Shown here: in pieces, positions 1-9,805 of the stretch
How positions within the stretch are numbered: position 1 is the stretch's first letter
Layout: each line of letters starts with the position of its first letter
Source of the DNA: Prorocentrum cordatum
Taxonomy: Eukaryota
Length of the DNA stretch: 64,000 nt
Direction of reading: 5' to 3'
Assembly (NCBI GenBank): GCA_963575745.1
Contig: CAUYUJ010000170.1
Span: 248,001 to 312,000 of the forward strand
The notes under the pieces: model-generated
What the model saw: the letters and a program-made list of their open reading frames with translations, nothing else
What the model was told of the DNA's origin: nothing
Database searches by the model: none
Translations under genes and position numbers: made by a program

Positions 1-70
1 GTGGTATGTGGTGCAAGCTGTGCGGTGCAGGCTGCGTGATGCAGTATACGAGCAGGCGGCCACGGGGCGG

Positions 71-868
71 CTACGGGCGGCAACGTGGCAAAACCTCGCC
101 AGACCCACCCAGCGCACGAGGCGGCCACGGGGTGGCCACGGGCGGCATCGTGGCCGAATCCTCGCCGGACCCAACCAATCCCTGAATCAGAGAAGTGTCA
201 GCCCCTGAGTGCAAGCACTGTTTAGTTCCGAGCGGATTGATTGAATCCGCGCGGAGCTCCGAACGTTTATGTTGAAGCCGTTGTTTTCTTCCTCGAGGAT
301 TGCCCTGCAAGTTCACGCCGTCAGCCCACGCCACCCGCCTGGCGCTCAGGGGCAGCGCTGAGAGCTTGTTGTGGGACAGGTCCAACCTCCCGACCTCCGA
401 TAGGTGGTCGAAGAAGGCCCACGGCAGCCAGCTGAGGCTGTTGTGCGACAGGTCCAGCGACGAGAGGCACTGCATCTCAGCGCCGAAATCGTCAGGGAGT
501 CCCCAGAGCTTGTTGTTAGAAAGATCCAAGGTCTCCAGCGAATTCAGATTGTCGATCTGCGGCAGCAGCTCCATCTCATTGGAGGACACGTCGCACCGCT
601 GCAGATTGTGCAGGGACCCGAAGCTCCTGGGCAGGCCCACGAGTCCATTGTGGGAAAGGTCGACCGTGCGTAGCTCCACGAGGTCTCCCATTTCGGCGGG
701 CAGCAGGTAGATCGAGTTGTGGGCCAAGTCCAGCTCGCGCAAAGACGCCAGCTGGGTGAACGTGTGGGGCAGGTGCTGTATCCTGTTGGACCTTAGGTTC
801 AAGACCCGCAGCAAGCTCAGCGACCCCATGTTGTCCGGGAGCGCCGACAGCTGGTTGTGCGATGCGTC
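71..868 (-). CDS. Leucine-rich-repeat protein, last visible exon (3' end uncertain)
   Basis: About eight ~23-aa LxxLxxLxLxxNxL repeats (LRVLNLRSNRI, LRELDLAHNSI, LRTVDLSHNGL, LETLDLSNNKL...). The frame extends 39 nt upstream of the ORF-track Met to an acceptor CAG|GAC at 869/868 (DASHNQLSALPDNMGSL). Sequence after ...VNLQGNP may be intronic. Confidence 0.9.
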   Translation of the reverse strand, partial: DASHNQLSALPDNMGSLSLLRVLNLRSNRIQHLPHTFTQLASLRELDLAHNSIYLLPAEMGDLVELRTVDLSHNGLVGLPRSFGSLHNLQRCDVSSNEMELLPQIDNLNSLETLDLSNNKLWGLPDDFGAEMQCLSSLDLSHNSLSWLPWAFFDHLSEVGRLDLSHNKLSALPLSARRVAWADGVNLQGNPRGRKQRLQHKRSELRADSINPLGTKQCLHSGADTSLIQGLVGSGEDSATMPPVATPWPPRALGGSGEVLPRCRP

Positions 869-1182
869 CTGGGGAAACGAAGAGCAGCGATGCTGCTACA
901 GACCTGTCCTGGGGCGCCCCCTGGGCAGGACTTCGATGCAACTCCAACCGTGGCGGCGACGGAAGAGCAACTGCACTCCACATCCTTCAAGAAGCAGCCC
1001 CCCGCGCCAACCTGTCCGGCGCCTCTTGCCCGCCCCCCCACGCGCCCCAAACCCACCCCCTCTGGCTCCGCAGCCTCCCCACGCCCCCCGAAGGACAGCG
1101 GTTTCCCACCCCCCCACGCGGTCCACTCCCCACGCTTATTGAGAGACCTGGAGTAGCAGTACTTTCCCCTCCTCTGAACGTC

Positions 1183-1299
1183 CAGCTCCAACAGCCCCCG
1201 CAACTCAGAGAAGGTCTGGGGCAGCTCGCGCAACTGGCGGCCGTTCAGGTCCAGCCGGCTGCGGCCCTTGAGCTCGGCGAGGTCGTCCACACCAGTGAC
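1183..1299 (-). CDS. Internal exon of the UBL-LRR gene (VTGVDDLAELKGRSRLDLNGRQLRELPQTFSELRGLLEL)
   Basis: Acceptor AAG|GTC at 1300/1299; LRR-like translation; a GA donor after 1183 joins in phase 0 to the next exon and restores LRR periodicity (LLEL-DASHNQL). Confidence 0.75.
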
Positions 1300-1454
1300 C
1301 TTGGAAGAGCAGAAAGCTACATGTATAGTTAATGCATCTGTATCTCTATCTCTCTCTCTCTCTCTCTCCCTTTCTCCCTCTCTCTCTCTCTCGTTGTTTG
1401 TTTTGGTATCTCTCTCTCTCTCTCTCTCCTTTTCTCCCTCTCTCTATACACAAC

Positions 1455-1830
1455 CTCGATGGACCCAAATATCGGGGCGATGGCGGAAAAAACGGGGGGG
1501 AGGTGGTGACGGTGATGCTCTCTTGTTCGGGTAGCAGTTCCGGGGGCCCTGGCTTGGCTCAAGGCCCCTGCCATTCCCAGGAACCTGATGCCCCAGGGTG
1601 GTGGGTAGGTTGTTCTGAAACAGCCGAGCGCATCAGCCCAAATGTCATCAGAGGTTGGGAGGTTGTAGAAGATACACTTACGTGTTGACAAACGGAGGCG
1701 TACCCTCGATGGACCGTAATACTGGTATGATAGCGGAAAACGGAAGGGGAGGAGGTGACGGTGATACACCCTTTTTCGGGTGGCGGTTCCGGGGGCCCTG
1801 GCCCAGGGCCCCTGCCACTCCCAGGGACTC
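1455..1830 (+). mobile_element. Head-to-tail pair of a small non-autonomous element (full copy ~1455-1702, partial copy ~1703-1830)
   Basis: A ~130-bp diverged direct repeat starts CCTCGATGGACC at 1455 and 1704; segment 1614-1702 is homologous to 6141-6228 downstream of the Rep remnant. Confidence 0.6.
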
Positions 1831-3283
1831 GACGCCCTCCCTTGCGATGGGAGTGAGACGCCAACGAACGGAGGTGGGGACAGGATACGCGGAGGTGAAG
1901 GGGATGCCGGGGCCTCGCCCAGACTATGCGAGCGTCGGGACCCGCCCACCTCCTCACCTCGTCCCTTCTTCTCCTGTCCGCGGCATTGTCGCCGCATTCG
2001 CCACCGCGCGCGCGCAGAGGCCGAGAGGCGTTGTCTCGAAGCCTTGCCCATCCCCCATATAGGGTCCTCCGCGGTTGAAGCCCCCCATCCCGCTCCGGAC
2101 GCCCTCCCCTGCCCGCGGCGGAGGATGGGGGCCCCCAAAGGCGGGAAGGGGGTCCTTACCGTGGAGGAGCCCACCGGAGGGCGGGGGCTCAAGACTATCC
2201 CGGAGGCGCGCCAAACAGCCACTCAGAGCCCCCCCCATGGGGCCGCCGCCGAACCCCGCCGGGGACGCGCCCCATGGCAAGCGGTCGACGGCCTCCGAGC
2301 GGGGAGGCGTCCTGAGCGGGCGTCGAACGGCAAAAAGCAAGGCGCCGCGGGGGGCGCGGCCTCCACGGTCGCCACGCGGGGCGGCCGTCATCCTGGCCGT
2401 GCCTCCCTCTCATCGACGATGTCCCCGTCGAGCTCCAGGTGGTCCTTCGTCGCGTCGTCCACCGCGTGCCCCCCCTCGGATCCTCGGGCGCCGCGTGGAT
2501 CCTGAGGCCTTCGCCGCGCCCTGCACCTTCCTGCCGCTGAGTTCGTCCTCCTCCTGCGGGCGGAGCTCGCTGGTGGAGCTGCCCCGCCGCGAGGCCGAGC
2601 GGCGGCCAGCGCCCCCGCTGGTGCGCGGACCTGGCTTCCGCCCCGAAGAGGTCGCGAACAGCCCCGCCGCTGCTGGCGCTCTCCTCCGCCGGGCTGCCCC
2701 CCGGCCCTCCCGCCAGCGCGCGGGCGCGGCCCCCGTCCCGGAAGGGTCGCGCGGAGCCGCGCCGCTGCCGACGCCCTCTTCCACGGGCTGCCTCCCGACT
2801 CTCCCGCCCGCGCGCGGACGCGTCCGAGCGAAGCTCCTCGTGCTCTCTCCTTCGAACCTGATGGGCGTCTCGAGCCGCCGCCCTCTGCCAAGTCGCCTGC
2901 CAGTCCCCGCTGGCGCGAGCTTGGCCGCCCGCGGCCAAGAGAACCCCTTCTTGCTCTTCTTGCCGGGCCGGTCGACGCCGGAGGGCCAAGCGCGGGCCCC
3001 AAGATTGGCCTTTCTCTGGCGAGGCCGCACTCGCGACGCCCAGGCGTCCCCGCCCAGCCGCCGTCTCGCTGCGCGGACGGCGCCGCGCCGCGCCCGACCA
3101 TCTCCAACGGCGATTCGCCGACCATGCCGCTCTCCCATCCAAGAGGCGCGCGACGTAGGCGGTGAGTCGCAGTGAAGGTCGATCCCAGCCCCCCCAGACA
3201 GGGGAAGGATCCCGCAATCGATGTTTTCTGCCCTCCGCGGGGAGTTCCAACGCATGGGGGGGTTGGATTCGGTTGCCACTGTG

Positions 3284-3800
3284 GCTCGAGCCAGCAGCTC
3301 TTGGCCCGTCAGGCCCTGGCCCCCTCGGCCTGGCGCATGCCCTCCGCCGAGGAGGAGCGCAAGGCCAGGGACAGAGTCAGCCGCTCCTTGAACGCCCTGG
3401 CCGGCGAGCTCGGGCCGCAACCGGTGCCTCCGCGGGATGCAGGCGCCGAGCGCGAAGCGCTGCACGAGCAAATCTGCGGCAAAGGGGTCCGCCGAGCAAC
3501 TGGGCCGTCTGGGTGAGCTGCGGAGGGAGCGACTGGTCGCGAGCCGGCGAGGCGGGCCGGCAGCCGTCCTTCTTGGGCGCCGGGAAGGAGCGCCTCGAGC
3601 TGGCGAGGGCGCTGGTAGATTCCGGCTCCGCGCGCGGGCCTGCACGATGACGTGCAACTGCCTCGCCTTGCTGCTGCCCCCGCGCCAGTGGGGCGAGCTC
3701 ATTACTCGTGAAGGGAAGGGCCCAGGAGTACATCGCCACGTACAGGAGCTGCCCATGCGAATTGTCCACGCACGCGCAGAACCCAGGTCGCATCCACTAC
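3284..3800 (+). pseudogene. Degraded, frameshifted coding remnant, possibly retroelement-derived
   Basis: Protein-like segments in different frames (AEEERKARDRVSRSLNALAGELGPQPVPPRDAGAEREALHEQICGKG; LLLPPRQWGELITREG); no diagnostic motif. Confidence 0.2.
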
Positions 3801-4378
3801 CGCGCATACTTCTCCTGACACGGCCACGGCAGCGGCATCGACCACTCTCCGACGAACCTACGCGGGCCCACGGCCCCGCGTGTAGACGCCAACGCTGAGA
3901 GCCGTGGCCCGTCGGAGTGGCTGCGCGCCACCATGCGCGGCCACTTCTATGTGTGGGTATGGAAGCCTAGCACTGTGTGCGCAGAAACCCATAATGCCCC
4001 CTGGGAACGTTGTGGGCGCCCGAAGCATGGTGGGTAGTCAGTCTCTGGCGGATGCATGAGCTGGTCCACGACGCGTGCCCGCTAGCTTTCAGCGAAGCTG
4101 CGCGATGGCCACCATCGACGCACGGATTTCCTGGAGGCCGTCGCGGCGACGGGGACAGGGCACGCGCGCAGGAAAGAGCAGCCAGCAGCACGGGCAGCGA
4201 CCTGGGCAAGATCAAAGCCAATGAAACCTTCTGTGCCCCTTCATTGAATATTGGATGCACTTTGGTGAGATTGATGACAGGTATCCGCCGGCCTCCTTGT
4301 GGGGCCACCAGGCTGTAGGCGCGGGTTCGCAGTTTCCTGTACCAGTTGTAGCTTGTAGTTTCCAGTGTTACAGTTCTG

Positions 4379-4434
4379 CTTCTTGCTGGTTACTGTAACT
4401 AGTTGACTTCTTGCTGGTTACTGTAACTAGTTGA
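4379..4434. repeat. Exact 28-bp tandem duplication
   Basis: CTTCTTGCTGGTTACTGTAACTAGTTGA x2. Confidence 0.9.
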
Positions 4435-4524
4435 TTGACCGCGCGAGGGCGGGGGAGGCCCAAACAAGACTTTTAGCCTCCTCTGGGCGTGTTGTCTGAA
4501 TTGCTGGGTGGGCTCGAAATCGAC

Positions 4525-4956
4525 ACCCCTCACGCAGATCCGCGGGGTCAGGGTTCAAAAACACATGGGATTTGCCACATTTCTCAAATTCGGTGCCACC
4601 CCTCACGCAGATCCGCGGGGTCAGGGTCCAAAAACACAGGGGATTTGCCACATTTCTGAAATTCGGTGCCACCCCTCACGCAGATCCGCGGGGTCAGGGT
4701 CCAAAAACACAGGGATTTGCCACATTTCTGAAATTCGGTGCCACCCCTCACGCAGATCCGCGGGGTCAGGGTCCAAAAACACAGGGGATTTGCCACATTT
4801 CTGAAATTCGGTGCCACCCCTCACGCAGATCCGCGGGGTCAGGGTCCAAAAACACATGGGATTTGCCACATTTCTGAAATTCGGTGCCACCCCTTACGCA
4901 GATCCGCGGGGTCAGGGTCCAAAAACACAGGGGATTTGCCACATTTCTGAAATTCG
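4525..4956. repeat. Tandem array, six near-identical ~73-bp units
   Basis: Unit GTGCCACCCCTCACGCAGATCCGCGGGGTCAGGGTCCAAAAACACAGGGGATTTGCCACATTTCTGAAATTCG; flanked by inverted TGGGCTCGAA (4509-4518) and TTCGAGCCCA (4953-4962). Confidence 0.95.
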
Positions 4957-4973
4957 AGCCCATCACGCACATC

Positions 4974-5088
4974 CATCGCAAGGCGTGGTAACCCAAACTG
5001 CGAGAACTCCCTCGGCCCTTTCATCGCAAGGTGTGGTAACCAAGCCCTTAAACCATACACGTCTTACCAATCGCCAGGTGTGGTAACC
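4974..5088. repeat. Three 20-bp direct repeats with unrelated 28- and 27-bp spacers
   Basis: CATCGCAAGGCGTGGTAACC (4974-4993), CATCGCAAGGTGTGGTAACC (5022-5041), AATCGCCAGGTGTGGTAACC (5069-5088). Confidence 0.85.
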
Positions 5089-5246
5089 CCTCTTGTGATC
5101 AGTTGGTTTTGCTGATTGCGACTCGGCTTCGCATGAAGTTTCGATACTGCTTCACGACAGCGCCAAGGCCTCATGACTTAGCTCTTCCATGGCCCATTCT
5201 CCGAGAGAGGGGGCCGGCGGCAGGGGGCGAAGCCCTTACGGATTAA

Positions 5247-5418
5247 TCGGGGATGGACAGAGCTCCCTTTAGTAAAACGTGGTTTAGTGAAAACGACCTG
5301 AGGCCCAAACCTGGCGGGCGCAAGCCTGGAAAATAACGGCGGCGGCGCCCTCTCGAGAACCGAAAACGGACAATTCACTAATCGACGTGTCACTGTTGGG
5401 GGTTCTGTCCACCCCCGA
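5247..5418. mobile_element. MITE family B, copy 1 (TCGG...CCGA termini)
   Basis: Imperfect ~21-bp TIRs TCGGGGATGGACAGAGCTCCC / GGGGGTTCTGTCCACCCCCGA; flanks ATTAA/ATGAA; homologous to 9635-9805 and ~14854-15199. Confidence 0.8.
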
Positions 5419-5420
5419 AT

Positions 5421-6026
5421 GAATTCCCTGTCCTCCATGGGCCGTCCCGCACGGGGGCATCGAGGCTGGCGCAACCACCGTCCGGTGCGGGGCAGACCCT
5501 GGAGGTCGACGCGACGAACGCGCACGAGCCGAGTCTGCACTCGTACCGGCGAAGCGTCCACAGGGCTATGCTCGGGAGCGGCCAAGAGGGGGGTGTCCAA
5601 GAGGGGGGTGTGCAAATCATGACCGGCGGCATGTGCGCGGCCCAGCGGGGGGGCCAGGGACGTAATGAAATCAGAAGAGGCGCCATGAAATCTGGGGAAA
5701 TATCATGGCCCACGCCATGATATCCACCCCCCCCTAGTCATCACCCCCCTCTTTTCCGCCCCCGACCACAGGGCTATGCTCTTGGACGAGATGCAGGGCC
5801 GGGCCTTCATCATCGGGAACAAGAAGCTGCTGCCGATGCACATCGACGGCGCAGAATCGGGCAAGAGCCCGACCATGCAGTATGCGTGCCACGCGCTCCT
5901 CTGGCTGTGTCCATCATCATCATCATCGCGACGAACCCTTACTAGAGGCTAAAAGGCCTGAATGCCGCGGACCGGGAGCGGGCCGAGGCCAACTGCGTTG
6001 CCGTGGAGATCTCGGGGCCAGTATAG
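5421..6026 (+). pseudogene. rep: Decayed geminivirus/genomovirus-like (CRESS) Rep, C-terminal SF3 helicase domain, interrupted by a MITE
   Basis: Removing 5572-5779 gives EFPVLH-GPSRTGAS (Walker A, Lys lost)-RLAQPPSGAGQTLEVDATNAHEPSLHSYRRSVHRA-MLLDE (Walker B)-MQGRAFIIGNKKLLPMHIDGAESGKSPTMQYACHALLW, a frameshift, IIIIIATN (motif C, 5913-5936), then PY*RLKGLNAADRERAEANCVAVEISGPV*, resembling the gemini/genomovirus Rep W-x-x-x-N-x-x-x-V tail. Confidence 0.8.
5572..5765. mobile_element. MITE family A, copy 1
   Basis: Imperfect TIRs TCGGGAGCGGCCAAGAGGGGGG / CCCCCCTCTTTTCCGCCCCCGA; 14-bp flanking duplication CCACAGGGCTATGC (5558-5571, 5766-5779); near-identical to 8887-9080. Confidence 0.9.
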
Positions 6027-6230
6027 GAAGCGACCCGCAACGCCGCGGCCGCTGCCCCGGGCGCGGCAAGCACCCCGCGCCACGGGGGGGAGAGGCCAGC
6101 ATCAAGCCCCACTCCAGGGTCCCCACCGCAGCTGGTGCGCTCTGAAACAGCCGAACACCCAAGCCCGAATGGCATTAATCACCGGGCGTTGGGGAGGATA
6201 CGCTTACGTGTTGGTGCACGGGTGCTTATA

Positions 6231-6982
6231 TCCGCCACCGTGCCGCGAGGAGCGAAGTGGAAGTTTCTCCAGGTCCTCATGTGCCCTCTGTTCTCTGCAC
6301 TTATGACTCCAGGATTATAGTATTCTCAGGGCGGAGGCCCTAAATTCTCAAATTTCCCAGGCGTTCCCGCGCGTTCCTAGGCTGCCTCGCGTGTTATTTT
6401 CAAGATGGCCCCAAGACGACCCAAGAGGCCCAACATAAGCCCAAAGAGCGTTTCAAAAGGACCCCCAAGAGGGCCCAAAGAGGCACACATCATTGATTTC
6501 TCGCGTGCTTTCTGACTTTTTTCGCGTTCTCGCGTTTTCGGACTTCCGACGATCCAAGATGGCCCCGGAGGCTCCCAAGACCGCCCCAACGGCCCAAGAG
6601 GCCCCCACGAGGGCATAAATACGGTTCGAGAGGGCCCCAAAACTGCCCAAGAGGCGCCCGAGATCGCCCAAGAGGGCCCCAAGACGACCCCAAGAGGGAC
6701 CCAAGAGGGGGAGCAAGAACCGACAACTCTAGCCTTTCGCCCCAAGAGGCACCCAGGAGGCTCCAAGAGGCCCCCAAGAGAGCCCAAGAGGGTCCCCAGA
6801 GGCCCCACGCAAACCCCGTGAGGTCCAAAACGAGGCCGCAAGAGGCCCCCAAATGACCACCGAAAGGCCTCAAACTGCCTCCAAGAGGCCCATGGGAGGC
6901 CTCCAACGATATCCAAACGAACATCCAAGAGGCTTCTAACCCGCAACCCAAGCACGGTGGCGGGATGGGCCGAAGGCCACTA
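6231..6982 (+). mobile_element. Non-autonomous Helentron/Helitron2-like element, copy 1
   Basis: 5' TCCGCCACCGTGC, 3' subterminal inverted copy GCACGGTGGCGG, then GGCC-GAA-GGCC hairpin and ACTA; interior is a CCCAAGAGG-type minisatellite. Confidence 0.65.
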
Positions 6983-7076
6983 TATACACACACCAATGTG
7001 TATCTATGCATGTGTGTATGTATATAGTTATGTATATATGCACGTGTATATATATATATATATATATACACAAGTT

Positions 7077-8104
7077 TCCGCCACCGTGCCACAGGGCACG
7101 AAGTGGAGTTTTCCCCAGGTCCTCAAGGATTCCCTGTACTCTGCTTCCAATAATGGAGTTCTTCGAGTCGGGGCAGGGAGCCCAACATCTCAAATCTTCT
7201 TGGCGCTCCCGCGCGTTCCCAGGCTTCCTCGCGTGACTTTCACAGAGTCCAGAGGGAGGGCCCCAAGACGGGCCAAGAGTGCCCAAAGAAGCGCCCAAGA
7301 GGGCCCAAGATGGCCCCGAGTCGCCCCAAGAGCGCTCCACGACGCCCAAGATGGCCCCAAGACGGCCGACGAGGCCCTCAAGATACCCTAAGAGGGCTCC
7401 AAGAGGCCACCCAAGAGGGTCCCGAGATGCCCAAACAGATGTTTTCCATTACGGATTATCGTGTCATCCCTTTTCTCATTCAAGAGGCCCCCAAGTTCGC
7501 CCCAAGACGGCCCAAGAGGCCCCCAAGAGTGCCCCCAGACGGCCCAAGATGGCCCCAGGACGGCCGAAGAGGTCCCCAAGGGGGCCCAATAGGGCCTCAA
7601 GAGGGGCCCAAGAGAGGCCACTAGCAGGCCCTCAAGAGGCCCCCCACAAATTCCAGGACCCCCCCCCAAGGTTTGGTTGACCCCAAAACGGATCCAGCTG
7701 AAAAGGGGGGGGTGCAATAGATTTGGGGCAATTGTATTGCAAATGTATTCCGCCGGAGAATTTTATAGCATTGTATTGCAACTAGTGCACCTGTATGCGA
7801 AAATCCAGCAATACACCTGCGCACCAGAATCCACTGGCACGCCCCAAGTTTAATGCAACCCCAGAGAGTTACTGCACCAAATCGATTGCACCGCCCTCTT
7901 TCCACTGATTCTGGGTCAACCAGACAAGAAGTCCACGTCAGGCCCAAGGGGCCCCCAAGAAACCCCCGAGAGGCCCCCGGACACACCAAAATCGAACCCA
8001 AGAGGCCTCAGGGAGGCCTCCCACGAGGTCCCCACAGGCATCCGAGAGGCCTCCGACCTACAACCCAGGGGGGCACGATGACGGGAGGGGCCGAAGGCCA
8101 CTAG
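7077..8104 (+). mobile_element. Non-autonomous Helentron/Helitron2-like element, copy 2
   Basis: Same head (TCCGCCACCGTGCC...GAAGTGGA...CCAGGTCCTCA) and tail (GCACGATGACGGG...GGCCGAAGGCCACTAG) as 6231-6982, same orientation, separated by a TA-rich microsatellite. Confidence 0.65.
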
Positions 8105-8726
8105 TATTAAAACATACAAGCTTCCGGAGCACTGCGCCGATGTCTTGGATCGGCGCTGGGGGGCCCGAAACCCGCGTGCACCTGTGCCTTATGTCTTTCT
8201 GTCCCCCCCTCTGTTAATTCAAGCTTCGCGCGGCCCGCTTAGCTTCGACCGGAGGAGGTGCGCCCTCGACCCGCGAATCAAAAAACTGAGTCTTGTGTTT
8301 TTCCCCGAATGACGTGTCGCTGGATGATTTTCCTCAACGCAGGTAGCAAAGGGCCACGGAAGAGACCCACAAAGGGGGGGCGGCGCGCTCTGGACCGCCC
8401 TGGCCGGCAGCCGCTTCGCTGGAGACCTGCCGACCATGCCAGCCAAATGCTTGGCCCGGGCAGCCACGATCCCCTGGTGGACAATGCGCCAAGGTGCACG
8501 TGACCGTGCGCTTCCTATCGGGCGTTGGCAGAACTGGGTTCAGTGGGACCTGGCTTGGTGACGTGTGCTGGGGGACGCCCTCCCCCGCCCCGTTCCACTG
8601 GCCCGAATTGCCGTCACCCGAAAAAAAACACCAGCTACGGTAGACCTGGTTTAGTGATTCTGGCCAATTTAAAGGCTCTGGGGCCCAACCACTAACCGGG
8701 TCCCCTTACCTGGGGTCCTGGCTATA

Positions 8727-9105
8727 CAGTGGAGGCCCGTCCACACGAAACCTTCCACAAGAAGCCCAACCCTGAAACCCCCAGGACGCCCATTGATTCT
8801 AGGTGTGGGAACGCCACGCTTTCCGTCGCAAAAGCATCGAAGCACAAGAAACCTAGGGGCCCCTGGAGGCGAGCAGGGTGTTTCTTTCGGGAGCGGCCAA
8901 GAGGGGGGTGTCCAAGAGGGGGGGGTGCAAATCACGACCGGCGGCATGTGCGCGGCCCAGCGGGGGGGCCAGGGACGTAATGAAATCAGAAGAGGCGCCA
9001 TGAAATCTGGGGAAATATCATAGCCCACGCCATGATATCCAACCCCCCCCAGTCATCACCCCCCTCTTTTCCGCCCCCGATTCGTGGCACGGGTCCTGGC
9101 TATAC
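8727..9105. mobile_element. Tc1/mariner-type MITE family D carrying nested MITE A copy 2 (8887-9080)
   Basis: Starts TA|CAGTGGAGGCC and aligns with the intact copy at 42613-42772; the A copy has TTCTT/TTCGT flanks; the right TIR is replaced by a 15-bp copy of the left flank (GGGTCCTGGCTATAC). Confidence 0.8.
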
Positions 9106-9267
9106 CCGACCTGGGCAACCGGAAGGACAGCACCCGGGAGCGCACGGGCTGCTCTCGTCGCCTCTGCTGCCGCCCTCGCCATCGCCCGGACGCCCCTCCA
9201 CCCTGCAGGGTTCTCGGTGTCGCTCGCGTCTGTGTCTCGAGATGGTCCAAGACACTCCCAAGATCAG

Positions 9268-9419
9268 GTCGGGCGTGCCCCCCCCCACAGGGGGAGTTTG
9301 GACGACAAGTGAAAAAATAGACAATACCCCCAAAGTGGTCAAACATACTCAAAGGATAGCCCCCCGACCATGTTTTTACTATGCCTAAGCATTCCCCCTG
9401 TAGAGGGACAGGCCCGACT
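9268..9419. mobile_element. MITE-like element family E (relatives near 12745-13090 and 15694-15870)
   Basis: Imperfect inverted ends GGTCGGGCGTGCCC...ACAGGGGG / CCCCCTGTAGAGGGACAGGCCCGACT; similar interiors and right ends at the other two sites. Confidence 0.5.
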
Positions 9420-9634
9420 TACTCCTAAGATGGTCCAGAGCTCATGGCGCTGACCTCGCCGAGGACAAGGCACGCGGCCAGGCGATGCCGAGCATCCGAG
9501 TGCTGTTCGTTGCTGGAGCGCGGTCAGAAGGTCTGCTGCCGCGAGGAGTGCTGCGTGAGGAGCGAGGCCCTTGCTTCGGCGCCAGGAGCGCCTGCGTGGA
9601 CGAGGAGCGCTGCATGAGAAGCGAGGCCCTTTTT

Positions 9635-9805
9635 TCGGCGGTGGACAAACCTCCCTTTAGGAAACCTCCCCTTAGTGAAGACGGCCTGGGACCGAAACCG
9701 ACGGACCTGGACCCGCAAAAATGACGGCCGCGACGCCCTCTCGCGAGCCGAAAACGGCCAATTCCTTTATCGACGTGTCAGGGTAGGAGGTCTATCTACC
9801 TCCGA
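9635..9805. mobile_element. MITE family B, copy 2
   Basis: TCGGCGGTGGACAAACCTCC ... GGAGGTCTATCTACCTCCGA with TTTTT duplication; interrupts the second unit of a local ~60-bp tandem duplication, which confirms it as an insertion. Confidence 0.85.

Noticed and set aside
1554..1563. TTGGCTCAAG as a spliced-leader relic
   Set aside because: Only 10 nt, inside a repeat whose sister copy lacks it, and no coding sequence follows.
1954..3250. Overlapping long GC-rich ORFs
   Set aside because: Open in most frames because of extreme GC content; no domain recognised, although hidden exons cannot be excluded.
4525..4956. CRISPR array or repeat-protein CDS
   Set aside because: No unique spacers; the 73-bp unit is not a multiple of 3.
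5558..5779. MITE A copy 1 as a precisely spliced introner
   Set aside because: Exact removal using the AG in the duplication would need a GG donor, and the host Rep is independently disrupted.
6377..7717. GPSWGPLG-type ORFs (also ~29.2 and 51.2 kb)
   Set aside because: Translations of the CCCAAGAGG minisatellite.
8102..8110. TAGTATTAA as a circovirus-like nonamer
   Set aside because: One mismatch at the nick-adjacent position, not in a hairpin loop, absent from the sister copy.
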